A stretch of DNA of 64,000 nt from an uncultured Staphylococcaceae bacterium (lineage in GTDB: Bacteria; Bacillota_I; Bacilli_A; RFN20; CAG-826), in the NCBI GenBank assembly GCA_964654155.1, contig CAZZGL010000001.1, positions 34,426-98,425 of the forward strand, in the 5' to 3' direction. The notes beneath the pieces were generated by a model that made no database searches, was not told the DNA's origin, and worked only from the letters and a program-made list of their open reading frames with translations. The translations under genes were made by a program, and so were the position numbers. Positions 37,965-47,162 of this stretch are shown here, piece after piece; position 1 is the first letter of the stretch, and every line of letters begins with the position of its first letter.

Positions 37965-38007
37965 AAAATTATATACTTTCTGCTTGATTTAATTATAAAA
38001 AAGTATG

Positions 38008-39291
38008 TTATCTTCGTAATCCTTTTGGATAATGGTTTTTTGCTTGACCATTTATAACTTTTACAAACCCTAATGTTAGACCATAGTAGGAAACTGTGCA
38101 AAAGCCATTATATTTTTGGTCGACTTCAAGTACTTCACCATGTAAGTATTTATCTTTTTGCAAGTCGTTTAAAGGAATATCATTATTCCATTTAAGATGT
38201 CTAGCTAGAGCAAGGGATGGTACAAAATGATTGCTTTTTATTGAGCCGATTTCTAATCCAAGTCGTAATATAGTTAAATTATTGTAATTAAATGGGAATT
38301 TTAAAGCATACAGTAAGTCGTTTTTTGCAACAATATCATAGTTATTTAAAGGAAAATCTTTTAATAAATTGTTATATTTATTTACTGATGGTTTAAATAC
38401 GCTTTCTTTACAGTTTGAATTTCCTATTTTATGTAACAAAGCGATAAAATGACCTTCGCCATTAAATAAGGAAGGAAGAAGATGAATAGCTTCTTTTAAA
38501 CTCGGGTGACTATAAAATAAAGGACTATTGTTAAGATTAATTATTTCAAAATCAGAATTATTAATTAGAAAATTTATTATAATATCCTCATCCTCTTCAT
38601 AAGAAAATGAACATGTGGAATAAATTAAATAACCATCATTATCTAAATAGGACGCCGCTTGATTAAGTAATTCTTTTTGAATAGAAGCGCATTTAAGAAC
38701 TTTTTCATATGTCCAATCATCTTTCATCTTACTTTCTTTTCGAAACATTCCACTTCCAGAACAAGGGGCGTCTAAAATAATCGCGGAAAATAAATTTTTA
38801 AATCTAGAGGGAAACTTTTTTGGATCCATTGCCGTAACAATAACATTATCAAAACCATATTTTTCAATGTTTGAAGAAAGAATTTGGGCACGTTGATATG
38901 ATAAATCATTACTGATAATTAGGTTATTAGGATGTTTAAAAGCTAATTGACAAGTTTTTCCTCCAGGTGCTGCACACATATCTAATATTAAACCGTTTTC
39001 TTTAATTGGTATTAATGATGATACAATCGCTGCACTTGGCTCTTGAAGATAGTATCCGCCAGCATCAAAAAAAACATTTTTACCTAAAGGTAATTTGTTT
39101 TTATCGTAGTAATATGCACCATCAACAAAAGGATGTTTATTCAAATGACCAAATAAAGAAAAAAGTAATTCTTCATTCATTTTTTTTGGATTTAAAAGAA
39201 CTGAATGAAAATCTTCTTTATCTAATGAATCGATTAATTCTTTAACAATATCGCTAGGAAAATAATGTAATAAATGTGTTTTAAAATCCAT
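38008..39291 (-). CDS. 16S rRNA m5C methyltransferase, RsmF/RsmB (NOL1/NOP2/Sun) family
   Basis: The start was trimmed to the ATG at 39291, which has AAGGTGA upstream; the longer track ORF would overlap the divergent dacF start. SAM motif DMCAAPGGKT and catalytic Cys region YSTCS. Confidence 0.8.
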   Translation of the reverse strand: MDFKTHLLHYFPSDIVKELIDSLDKEDFHSVLLNPKKMNEELLFSLFGHLNKHPFVDGAYYYDKNKLPLGKNVFFDAGGYYLQEPSAAIVSSLIPIKENGLILDMCAAPGGKTCQLAFKHPNNLIISNDLSYQRAQILSSNIEKYGFDNVIVTAMDPKKFPSRFKNLFSAIILDAPCSGSGMFRKESKMKDDWTYEKVLKCASIQKELLNQAASYLDNDGYLIYSTCSFSYEEDEDIIINFLINNSDFEIINLNNSPLFYSHPSLKEAIHLLPSLFNGEGHFIALLHKIGNSNCKESVFKPSVNKYNNLLKDFPLNNYDIVAKNDLLYALKFPFNYNNLTILRLGLEIGSIKSNHFVPSLALARHLKWNNDIPLNDLQKDKYLHGEVLEVDQKYNGFCTVSYYGLTLGFVKVINGQAKNHYPKGLRR

Positions 39292-39391
39292 GTTAATCAC
39301 CTTCAATAGTTTAAAATAAAATCTTAGATAAATAAATACATTTTGTTCTAAAAACAATAAGGTTTCATACATTTTATTGAGGTGGATACTA

Positions 39392-40549
39392 ATGAAATTA
39401 TTATTAACTTTCCTTTTAAGCATTTCATTTCTAACAGCAAATGTCAAATTGACAAGTAAAGAATTTACAAATGAAACTGATTTAGGTTTATTTACAAATA
39501 GTTGTATTTTAATTGAAGCGAATACCGGAAAAGTTTTATATGAAGAAAATGCTGATGAAATACATTATCCGGCATCAATGACAAAAATGATGGGAATGTA
39601 TTTAGTATTAAAAGCAATTAATGAAGAAAAAATTACTTTTGATGACATGGTGACATGTTCTTCTTATGCCGCAAGTATGGGTGGAACACAAATATTTTTA
39701 GAAAGCGGCGAACAAATGAGTGTTAAGGACTTATTTAAATCAGTAGCGATAAATTCCGCAAATGATGCCATTACGGCATTAGGAGAATATTTAGAAGGTT
39801 CAACTGAAGCATTTGTTGAAAGAATGAATCAAACCGCTAAAGAATTAGGCATGAATAACACCTGTTTTAAAAATCCAACTGGGTTTGATGATAAAGAACA
39901 TGTTACAACACCTCGGGACATGTCAATTATTGCTTTTAATTTAGTTAAATTTAACGAATTGCTGTTTCAATTTACAAGATTAAAAGAAGCGTATGTTAGA
40001 GAAGATACATCTTCACCTTTTTGGCTGGTAAACACTAATAAAATGCTAGGTCATTACGAAGGTATGGATGGATTAAAAACTGGCTATACAACTTTAGCAA
40101 AGTATAATTTGACCGCAACAGCAATTAGAAATGGCATTAGACTAATATCGGTAGTAATGAATGAAGATTCAATTTCAAATCGTTCAACTGATACAACTAA
40201 ACTATTAAATTATGGTTTTAGTAAATTAGAGTTAATTAGATTATATCCACTTCATAAAGAATTATGTACTTATTCTTTTTCAAAAGCTTTGATAAAAGAT
40301 ACTAAAATATATACAAAAGAAGAAATTAATCTTATTGTTCCAAAAGGAACAACAAAAGAATCACTGACCGCAAGAGTGGAGATAATTAAAAATTCCGCTC
40401 CAATAAAAAAAGATGAGATTGTTGGCTACTTAATTATTGAAGATCAAAATAAAAATGAATACAAATATGAATTAACTGTTTTAGAAGATGTTAATTTAAT
40501 GGAATTCATTGATTATTTAAAAGAAGCATTAATTAAATTCTTTGCGTAA
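39392..40549 (+). CDS. dacF: D-alanyl-D-alanine carboxypeptidase (PBP5 class), DacF-like by synteny
   Basis: The start was moved to the ATG at 39392, which follows GAGGTGGA. It has a signal peptide and the motifs SMTK (SxxK), SAND (SxN) and KTGYT. It lies directly upstream of spoIIAA, as in B. subtilis. Confidence 0.8.
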   Translation: MKLLLTFLLSISFLTANVKLTSKEFTNETDLGLFTNSCILIEANTGKVLYEENADEIHYPASMTKMMGMYLVLKAINEEKITFDDMVTCSSYAASMGGTQIFLESGEQMSVKDLFKSVAINSANDAITALGEYLEGSTEAFVERMNQTAKELGMNNTCFKNPTGFDDKEHVTTPRDMSIIAFNLVKFNELLFQFTRLKEAYVREDTSSPFWLVNTNKMLGHYEGMDGLKTGYTTLAKYNLTATAIRNGIRLISVVMNEDSISNRSTDTTKLLNYGFSKLELIRLYPLHKELCTYSFSKALIKDTKIYTKEEINLIVPKGTTKESLTARVEIIKNSAPIKKDEIVGYLIIEDQNKNEYKYELTVLEDVNLMEFIDYLKEALIKFFA

Positions 40550-40551
40550 AT

Positions 40552-40603
40552 TGTCAAATATTGGCGAATGAATTTTTAATATTTATTGTCGAAAGGCGTC
40601 GAA
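40552..40603 (+). promoter_or_regulatory. Cluster of Spo0A-box motifs upstream of spoIIAA
   Basis: Perfect 0A boxes (TGNCGAA) are TGGCGAA at 40562-40568 and TGTCGAA at 40587-40593. Near-matches are TGTCAAA at 40552-40558 and CGTCGAA at 40597-40603. Confidence 0.55.
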
Positions 40604-40658
40604 ATAAAAATCGGCGTTTTTTTATTTTGGTAATATTCATTAAGGAGGTGAGAAGAAA

Positions 40659-41012
40659 ATGAATGACAAAATTAAAATTACTCCTTTTGAAGATGGATTA
40701 GTGATTGCAATTTCTGGTGATTTAGATTCTTTAAGAGTAATGTCATATCGCAGTTTAATTGTTAGTGAGATGGAAAAAAATAATGCGCGTGCCATATTAT
40801 GGGATTTTAGTAATTTAAGTTATTTAGATTCTTCGGGGATTGGATTAATTTTAGGACGTTACAATGAAATTAGAAGAATAGGTGGAATATGTGGGATTAT
40901 GGGGCTTTCTGCATCATCTAGAAAGATAATAATGGTAACGGGTTTGTTTTCTATAATGGAAGAATATCGCTCTTTAGGAGCATTTAAAAAGAAAGTGAGG
41001 ATTGCACTATGA
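40659..41012 (+). CDS. spoIIAA: Anti-sigma-F factor antagonist SpoIIAA (STAS domain)
   Basis: AAGGAGGTG RBS; STAS domain with the phosphorylatable Ser context YLDSSGIGLILGR; operon context. Confidence 0.85.
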   Translation: MNDKIKITPFEDGLVIAISGDLDSLRVMSYRSLIVSEMEKNNARAILWDFSNLSYLDSSGIGLILGRYNEIRRIGGICGIMGLSASSRKIIMVTGLFSIMEEYRSLGAFKKKVRIAL

Positions 41013-41461
41013 ATAGTATGGAATTAAGATTTAATGCATCGTTGGTTAATGAAGCATTTGCGAGAATGTCGGTTATTTCATTTATTTCACCATTAAATCC
41101 ATCTTTAGATGAAATAAGTGAAATTAAAACTATAGTTTCAGAAGCGGTATCGAATGCAATAATTCATGGATATCGATTAGATGCTAGTAAAGAGGTAGTA
41201 ATTAAGGCCAGTATTGATAAAGATTCTTTATTGTTGATAATTAGTGATTATGGAGTAGGTATTGAAAATATTGAACAAGCTTTAAAACCTTCTTTTACAA
41301 CTAGACCAGATTTAGAACGAGCAGGAATGGGATTAACTATTATTAGAACTTTATCTGATGAATTTGCGATTCGTTCTGTTATTGGTATGGGAACAAAAAT
41401 TACTATCAAAAAGATTTTTTCAAAAGAGCCAAGTTTAGTATATGAACGAAAAGATAGCTGA
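41009..41461 (+). CDS. spoIIAB: Anti-sigma-F factor / serine kinase SpoIIAB
   Basis: GHKL ATPase motifs EAVSNAIIHG, DYGVGI and GMGLTI; 4-nt overlap with spoIIAA. Confidence 0.85.
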   Translation: MNSMELRFNASLVNEAFARMSVISFISPLNPSLDEISEIKTIVSEAVSNAIIHGYRLDASKEVVIKASIDKDSLLLIISDYGVGIENIEQALKPSFTTRPDLERAGMGLTIIRTLSDEFAIRSVIGMGTKITIKKIFSKEPSLVYERKDS

Positions 41462-42155
41462 TTATGAATTAATTTTAAAAGCAAAAGAAGGAGATCAAAA
41501 CGCATTAGAAGAAGCGGTTTTAAAAAATAAGCCACTTGTGGTTTCGATTTTAAAAAGATACCATTATTCATCATGTGATAAAGAAGATTTATTAAGTGTT
41601 GGTATGATGGGCTTATTAAAAGCAATTAAACAATTTGATCCTAGTTATGGGGTTCAATTTTCAACATATGCGGTTCCATTAATACTTGGTGAAATAAAAA
41701 GATACTTTCGAGATGATGGGGCAATTAAAGTATCTAGACAATATAAAGAATTATATTTAAAAATAGAACGCGCAAAAAAAGAGTTTGAAGATAATAATTT
41801 CCGAACAATAACTCTTGAAGATTTAGAAAATGAACTTCATGAATCAAAGGAAGATATCTTAATGGCTATTGAATCACATTACTATCCAACTTCATTATCT
41901 AAGCCACTTGATGAAGATAATCTTACTCTAATCGATACCATAGGAGAAAATGATGTCAAAATGTCAATTGATAAAATGGATTTATATGATGCATTAGATA
42001 AATTAGATGATAAGGAACGATTGTTAATAGAGTTAAGATTTTTTGAAGGAATGAAGCAAAATGATGTTGCTAAAAGATTTTTTGTCTCTCAAGTACAAAT
42101 TTCAAGGTGGGAAAAGAAAATATTAGAAAAATTAAAATCTATGTTAATAAGTTGA
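41442..42155 (+). CDS. sigF: Sporulation sigma factor SigF
   Basis: Sigma-70 regions 2 (GLLKAIKQFD, YAVPLILGEIKRYFRD) and 4.2 (VSQVQISRWEKK). The gene follows spoIIAB with a 20-nt overlap. Confidence 0.85.
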   Translation: MNEKIADYELILKAKEGDQNALEEAVLKNKPLVVSILKRYHYSSCDKEDLLSVGMMGLLKAIKQFDPSYGVQFSTYAVPLILGEIKRYFRDDGAIKVSRQYKELYLKIERAKKEFEDNNFRTITLEDLENELHESKEDILMAIESHYYPTSLSKPLDEDNLTLIDTIGENDVKMSIDKMDLYDALDKLDDKERLLIELRFFEGMKQNDVAKRFFVSQVQISRWEKKILEKLKSMLIS

Positions 42156-42198
42156 ATTAAAACACTTATTTTAGGAACACTAAAAAAGAGGTGATTCA

Positions 42199-42651
42199 AT
42201 GAATAAAAATCAATATGAAGAAATAGTAAATAAAAACAAAATAAAGTCTAATAAAGTTAAAAAAATTCTAATTGCTTTTTTTGTTGGTGGATTAATGGGT
42301 GTTATAACGCAAACGCTATTTTATCTAGGTAATAAATTATTAAATTTATCGATTGAAGATGCTTCTTTATTTGCTACTTTAATTATTATTGTTTTAACAA
42401 CTTTTTTAACAGGTATTGGAGTGTATAAAAAAATAGGGGCAAAAGCAGGTGCAGGATTATTTATTCCGACATCTGGATTTGCTAATTCTGTTGTTTCTTC
42501 TTCTATTGAATCAAAATTTGAAGGTCCGATATTTGGAATTGGTTCTAGAATGTTTTATTTAGCGGGAAGTGTCATAACTTACGCAATTACAGGCACGTTT
42601 TTTTATGCTTTAATTAGATTAGCTTTATCTTTTTTGGGAATAGCGTTATGA
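42199..42651 (+). CDS. spoVAC: Stage V sporulation protein AC
   Basis: 150-aa membrane protein with GAGLFIPTSGFANSV; AGAGGTG RBS; followed by spoVAD and spoVAE. Confidence 0.85.
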   Translation: MNKNQYEEIVNKNKIKSNKVKKILIAFFVGGLMGVITQTLFYLGNKLLNLSIEDASLFATLIIIVLTTFLTGIGVYKKIGAKAGAGLFIPTSGFANSVVSSSIESKFEGPIFGIGSRMFYLAGSVITYAITGTFFYALIRLALSFLGIAL

Positions 42652-43640
42652 GCTTTAGTGTTAAATTAAATAATGTTTATTTACAAAGTGCGAGTTCTGT
42701 AGTTGGACCAAAAGAAGCAAAAGGACCTTATGGAGATTATTATGATTTAAAAATAAGTGATTACTATAATAAACAAAAATCTTTTGAAGAAGGCGAAGTC
42801 GAAATGGCAAAATCAGCGATTGATTTGTCTATAAAAAAAGCAAGGATTAAACGAAGCCAAATTCCTTTAATGTTTGGAGGCGATCTTAGCAATCAAATCG
42901 CAATTTCATCGTTAGTTATGAAAAGCTATGCTAGTTCTTCTATTGGTGTATATGGGGCATGTTCTACAATGACATTAAGTTTAGGTTTAGCGTCAATACA
43001 TGTCGATTTAGGTTTAGCAGATTATGTATTGGCGTTTACTTCCTCATCTTATCCAGTTGCGGAAAGACAATTTCGTTATCCAAATGACTACGGAATTCAA
43101 AAAAAAGATTCATCTACATCTACTGTTACTGGGGCGGCAAGTTTTATTGTAGGTAGAAGAAAAACAAGAATTAAAGTAACCGAGTTAACATATGGAAGAG
43201 TACATGATCCGAATAAAACAGATTTAAATGATTTAGGCTCGCCGATGGCGTTTGCGGCTTATTCGACAATTAAGGATCATTTAGAAAATTTTAAGAAAAC
43301 TATGGATGACTATGATTTAATACTTACTGGTGATTTATCAAAAGTTGGAACAAGTGTATTAATTGACTGCTTTAAAGTAGATGGAATAGAACTTAGCAAT
43401 CATTTAGATGCGGGAAAAATTATTTATTATCGTGAAAAAGAAAAGGTATATGCGGGTGGTAGTGGACCAGCATGTATTGGTGTTATAACAGCAGGATATA
43501 TAATAGATGAAATGTTAAAAGGAACATATAAGCGAGTGTTATTAGTGGCTACGGGCGCATTGTTTTCATCGACTTTAGCGTATCAAAAACATAGCATACC
43601 AGTTATTGCTCATGCTTTAACATTAGAGGTGAATGAATAA
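42648..43640 (+). CDS. spoVAD: Stage V sporulation protein AD (thiolase-fold)
   Basis: 330 aa with a thiolase-like GACSTM region; 4-nt overlap with spoVAC. Confidence 0.85.
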   Translation: MSFSVKLNNVYLQSASSVVGPKEAKGPYGDYYDLKISDYYNKQKSFEEGEVEMAKSAIDLSIKKARIKRSQIPLMFGGDLSNQIAISSLVMKSYASSSIGVYGACSTMTLSLGLASIHVDLGLADYVLAFTSSSYPVAERQFRYPNDYGIQKKDSSTSTVTGAASFIVGRRKTRIKVTELTYGRVHDPNKTDLNDLGSPMAFAAYSTIKDHLENFKKTMDDYDLILTGDLSKVGTSVLIDCFKVDGIELSNHLDAGKIIYYREKEKVYAGGSGPACIGVITAGYIIDEMLKGTYKRVLLVATGALFSSTLAYQKHSIPVIAHALTLEVNE

Positions 43641-44002
43641 TGGGTATTGAAATGTGGATATTATCATTTATCTTTTGTGGTTGTTTATGTGCTTTGGGTC
43701 AAGTAATATTTGAATATACAAGATTAACGCCTGGACATATATGTAGTATTTTTGTGCTTATGGGCGTTGTACTTGAAACAGGTGGCGTTTATGATTCTTT
43801 ATTAAACTTTATAGGTGGAGGAGCAATTGCGCCGATTACAAGTTTTGGCCATAATCTCGCTCATGCTGCTTTGATTGGCGCTAAAGAAGAAGGGTTCCTA
43901 GGCATATTAAAAGGTCTTTTCAAAAATGCGAGTGCAGTTATTGTTACAGTTGTGGTCCTTGGGGTAATAAGCAGCATAATTTTTAAACCAAAGCCAGAAT
44001 AA
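43640..44002 (+). CDS. spoVAEb: Stage V sporulation protein AEb
   Basis: 120-aa membrane protein; start overlaps the spoVAD stop; operon context. Confidence 0.8.
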   Translation: MGIEMWILSFIFCGCLCALGQVIFEYTRLTPGHICSIFVLMGVVLETGGVYDSLLNFIGGGAIAPITSFGHNLAHAALIGAKEEGFLGILKGLFKNASAVIVTVVVLGVISSIIFKPKPE

Positions 44003-45378
44003 TGAAAAAAGATTATTATAAATCAACCGATCAATATTTAAGGACTGCATTGAAATATGGGACCAATTTTGATGTTGTTAGAAGAGAAGTTGGAAAAAGA
44101 ATGAATAATGGTATTCTGTTTTATTTATCTTCATTAGTTAGTGAAGTAGCTATATCATCATTATTAGAAAGCTTAAATAATAATACATTATCAAAATCAA
44201 TAAACAAGACTTTATTTAACGGCAATGTTTATATAAGAAATAATTTAAAAGAAGTTGTTAATGATATTCTTAATGGAGTAGCTGCGCTTATTATAGAAAA
44301 AGATAACAAAGTAATTATGGTTGATGTAAGAGCTTATCCGATGAGAAGTATTTCTGAACCTAATAGTGAACAAGCAATTAGGGGATCAAAAGATGGATTT
44401 ACAGAATCAATTAATACAAATGTTGGATTAATAAGGAGAAGAATTAAAGACAATGATTTAATAATACAGAACCACACAATTTCTTCACTTAGTAAAATGT
44501 GTGTTGCGGTTATTTATTTAGAAAATTCTGTTGATAAAATAGCTTTAAATGAAATAAATAATCGGATTAAATCTATTGATGTCCAATCTTTGATAATGAG
44601 CGATAGAGCCTTAGAAGAATTATTAATTAATCAAAATCATAATCCTTTTCCTTTAGTAAGATATACAGAACGCCCAGATATTGCTTCTATTAGTTTAATA
44701 AAAGGAAAAATCATCATTCTTGTTGATACATCATCAAGTGCTTTAATATTGCCAACAACAATATTTGAACATACTTATCATGTAGAAGAATTTAGACAAT
44801 CGCCATTAGTAGGCTCTTTTACGCGTTTATTAAGAAGTATTGCGATATTTTTTTCATACACAATCATTCCGTTTTGGTTATCTTTAATTAGTAAAGATGG
44901 TTATAATAATGGCTTTTCATTACAATTAGAAACAAGAAATATGAAGTTAATTGTTATTCAAACATTAATTTGCGAATTTGTTTTTGAACTTCTTCGAATC
45001 GCTTCAATACATACACCAAGTACAATAAGTGGCACAATAGGTTTGATTGCGGCGGTCATTTTATCGCAAGTTGCCTTAGATTTAGGTCTTTTCTTACCAG
45101 AAATAATATTACTGTGTGCAATATCGGCAATATGTCAATTTGTCACTCCAAGTTATGAATTATCATTAGCTAATAAGTTATTAAAAATAATTTTAATTCT
45201 TTTGGTAGCTTTTTTTGGTAAATCAGGTTTATTAATAGGATTAGGATTTGCTTTTCTTTATCTTTCAAATATAAAAATATTTGGCTTACCTTATTTATAT
45301 CCATTTTGTCCTTTGGATATAAAAAAAGCTCTAAACCTAGTATCCAGGTCTAGCGCTAAAAAAAGAACAAAACTATAA
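44002..45378 (+). CDS. spoVAF: SpoVAF / GerA-family spore protein
   Basis: GerA-type N-terminal soluble region with GLIRRRIKD and a C-terminal TM bundle; start overlaps the spoVAEb stop. Confidence 0.75.
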   Translation: MKKDYYKSTDQYLRTALKYGTNFDVVRREVGKRMNNGILFYLSSLVSEVAISSLLESLNNNTLSKSINKTLFNGNVYIRNNLKEVVNDILNGVAALIIEKDNKVIMVDVRAYPMRSISEPNSEQAIRGSKDGFTESINTNVGLIRRRIKDNDLIIQNHTISSLSKMCVAVIYLENSVDKIALNEINNRIKSIDVQSLIMSDRALEELLINQNHNPFPLVRYTERPDIASISLIKGKIIILVDTSSSALILPTTIFEHTYHVEEFRQSPLVGSFTRLLRSIAIFFSYTIIPFWLSLISKDGYNNGFSLQLETRNMKLIVIQTLICEFVFELLRIASIHTPSTISGTIGLIAAVILSQVALDLGLFLPEIILLCAISAICQFVTPSYELSLANKLLKIILILLVAFFGKSGLLIGLGFAFLYLSNIKIFGLPYLYPFCPLDIKKALNLVSRSSAKKRTKL

Positions 45379-46632
45379 TTTTTTTAATTTTCTTAAATCA
45401 CGGCTTCTACCTTGTTTTTTTAATCGGAAATAATTTTCATTTAAAGCCCGTTCATAAGCAGAATTATTGGATGGATGATAAAATTGCATATTTTTTATTA
45501 ATTCTGGTAAATATTGCATTTTTTCCCATAGTTCAGGACGGTCATAAGGATATTTATCATCTTCTTGAACATTAACAGGAGTATATTTTAAATAGTCTAG
45601 AACATCTAAAGGTTGCTTTTCCGCAAGCGCCATCGCATCAAAAATACCACAACATGCCGCTTTTGATTTAGGTGATAAAGCTAGGTCACAAACAGTAAAT
45701 CCTAAAGGTATGACAGCTTCAGGAAATCCAACTTTTCTTGCACTTTCTAAAGCTAGGGCGCATCTTTGAACTGCTTGTGGATTTGCCAATCCAATATCTT
45801 CATAGGCAGTAACAAGTAATCTTCTTTCAATGCTTTCTAAGTCGCCAGCGATACATAAACGCGCTAAATAATATAATGCGGCATCAACATCGCTTCCTCT
45901 AATTGATTTTTGCAATGCCGAAACAGAGTCGTAATGTTCATTTTCATCTTGATCCATTAAATAATTAGGGATTTTTGTAACATGTTCAATATCATTTCTA
46001 GTTATTATTTTTTTATTGTTTCCTAATGTTGCAACCTCAATGATATTTAAGGCGAATCTCATATCACCACCAGATAGTTTAGCAATAGTGGATATGGCTT
46101 CATCATCGAAATTATATTTATTATTAAGACCATTTGGATGAATAATAACACGTTGAATACCTTCTTTGATTTGTTCAAATGTTAGAGGCTTAACTTCTAA
46201 TAAATGGCAGCGGCTTCTAATCGCTGGATTAATTGCAATGTATGGATTTGCGGTAGTAGCGCCTATTAAATAAACTGTTCCATCTTCTACAAATGGAAGA
46301 AGTAAATCTTGCTTATCTTTGTTTAAGCGATGAACTTCGTCCATTAAAATTATCGGATTTGGAAATAGACGACATTCATCGATTGCTGATTCAATATCTT
46401 TTTTATTGCTGGTAACTGCATTTAATTTAATGTAGTGAACATTAATTGATTTACAAAAAGCTTCTGCAAGAGTGGTTTTTCCAACCCCAGGAGGACCATA
46501 AAATATCATGGAAACAAGGGTGTTAGAATTAATACATTGACGTAAAAAACCATTTTCTCCTTTTAAATGTTCTTGCCCAATGACTTCATCAAGAGAAGTT
46601 GGACGAACTCGATATGCTAAAGGTGCGTTCAT
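45373..46632 (-). CDS. rarA: Replication-associated recombination protein A (RarA/MgsA AAA+ ATPase)
   Basis: The start was taken at the second ATG (46632), which follows GGAAGTGA. Motifs are MNAPLAYRVRPTSLDEVIGQ, Walker A GPPGVGKTT and Walker B ILMDEVHR. Confidence 0.9.
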   Translation of the reverse strand: MNAPLAYRVRPTSLDEVIGQEHLKGENGFLRQCINSNTLVSMIFYGPPGVGKTTLAEAFCKSINVHYIKLNAVTSNKKDIESAIDECRLFPNPIILMDEVHRLNKDKQDLLLPFVEDGTVYLIGATTANPYIAINPAIRSRCHLLEVKPLTFEQIKEGIQRVIIHPNGLNNKYNFDDEAISTIAKLSGGDMRFALNIIEVATLGNNKKIITRNDIEHVTKIPNYLMDQDENEHYDSVSALQKSIRGSDVDAALYYLARLCIAGDLESIERRLLVTAYEDIGLANPQAVQRCALALESARKVGFPEAVIPLGFTVCDLALSPKSKAACCGIFDAMALAEKQPLDVLDYLKYTPVNVQEDDKYPYDRPELWEKMQYLPELIKNMQFYHPSNNSAYERALNENYFRLKKQGRSRDLRKLKKL

Positions 46633-46702
46633 TTTTATCACTTCCATTTTTTAAGTATATCAATTTTTAATAAAAAACTCTATAATGTAGGAGGTGATTC
46701 AT

Positions 46703-47158
46703 ATGCGAATAGTTTTGCAAAATGTTTTGAAAGCTTCTTTGAGCATTGATGGTGATGAGATTGCTAGGATAAATCGTGGATTTGTTCTTTTAGTAGGGTT
46801 TACGGAAGGCGATGATGAAAACATTGTTTTATCAATGTTAAATAAAGTGCTATCGCTTCGTACTTTTCAAGATGAAAATGGTCATACTAATTTAGGATTA
46901 GAGGATATTGATGGTGAAGTTTTATCAGTTTCACAGTTTACTCTATATGGTGATGTAAAAAAAGGAAGAAGACCATCGTTTATTAATGCTTTGGAACCAA
47001 AAAGAGCAAAAGAATTATATGATTTTTGGTTTGAATCACTAAAAAATGTTCATGAAAAAAGTTGCAGCGGTGTTTTTGGCGCCGATATGAAAGTATCATT
47101 AATAAACGATGGACCATTTACACTTATTTTAGATAGTAATGATTGTGTTAGGAAGTAA
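46703..47158 (+). CDS. dtd: D-aminoacyl-tRNA deacylase
   Basis: The start was moved to the ATG at 46703, which follows AGGAGGTG. MRIVLQ... with SQFTLYGDVKKGRRPSF. Confidence 0.9.
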   Translation: MRIVLQNVLKASLSIDGDEIARINRGFVLLVGFTEGDDENIVLSMLNKVLSLRTFQDENGHTNLGLEDIDGEVLSVSQFTLYGDVKKGRRPSFINALEPKRAKELYDFWFESLKNVHEKSCSGVFGADMKVSLINDGPFTLILDSNDCVRK

Positions 47159-47162
47159 TTAT

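Noticed and set aside
38008-39447. The long forms of the divergent ORFs 38008-39447 (-) and 39377-40549 (+) would overlap by 71 nt at their 5' ends.
   Set aside because: Internal ATGs at 39291 (-) and 39392 (+) each have a good RBS. They also give native-looking N-termini (MDFKTHLL... and the signal peptide MKLLLTFLL...). The upstream extensions are AT-rich read-through of the shared promoter region.
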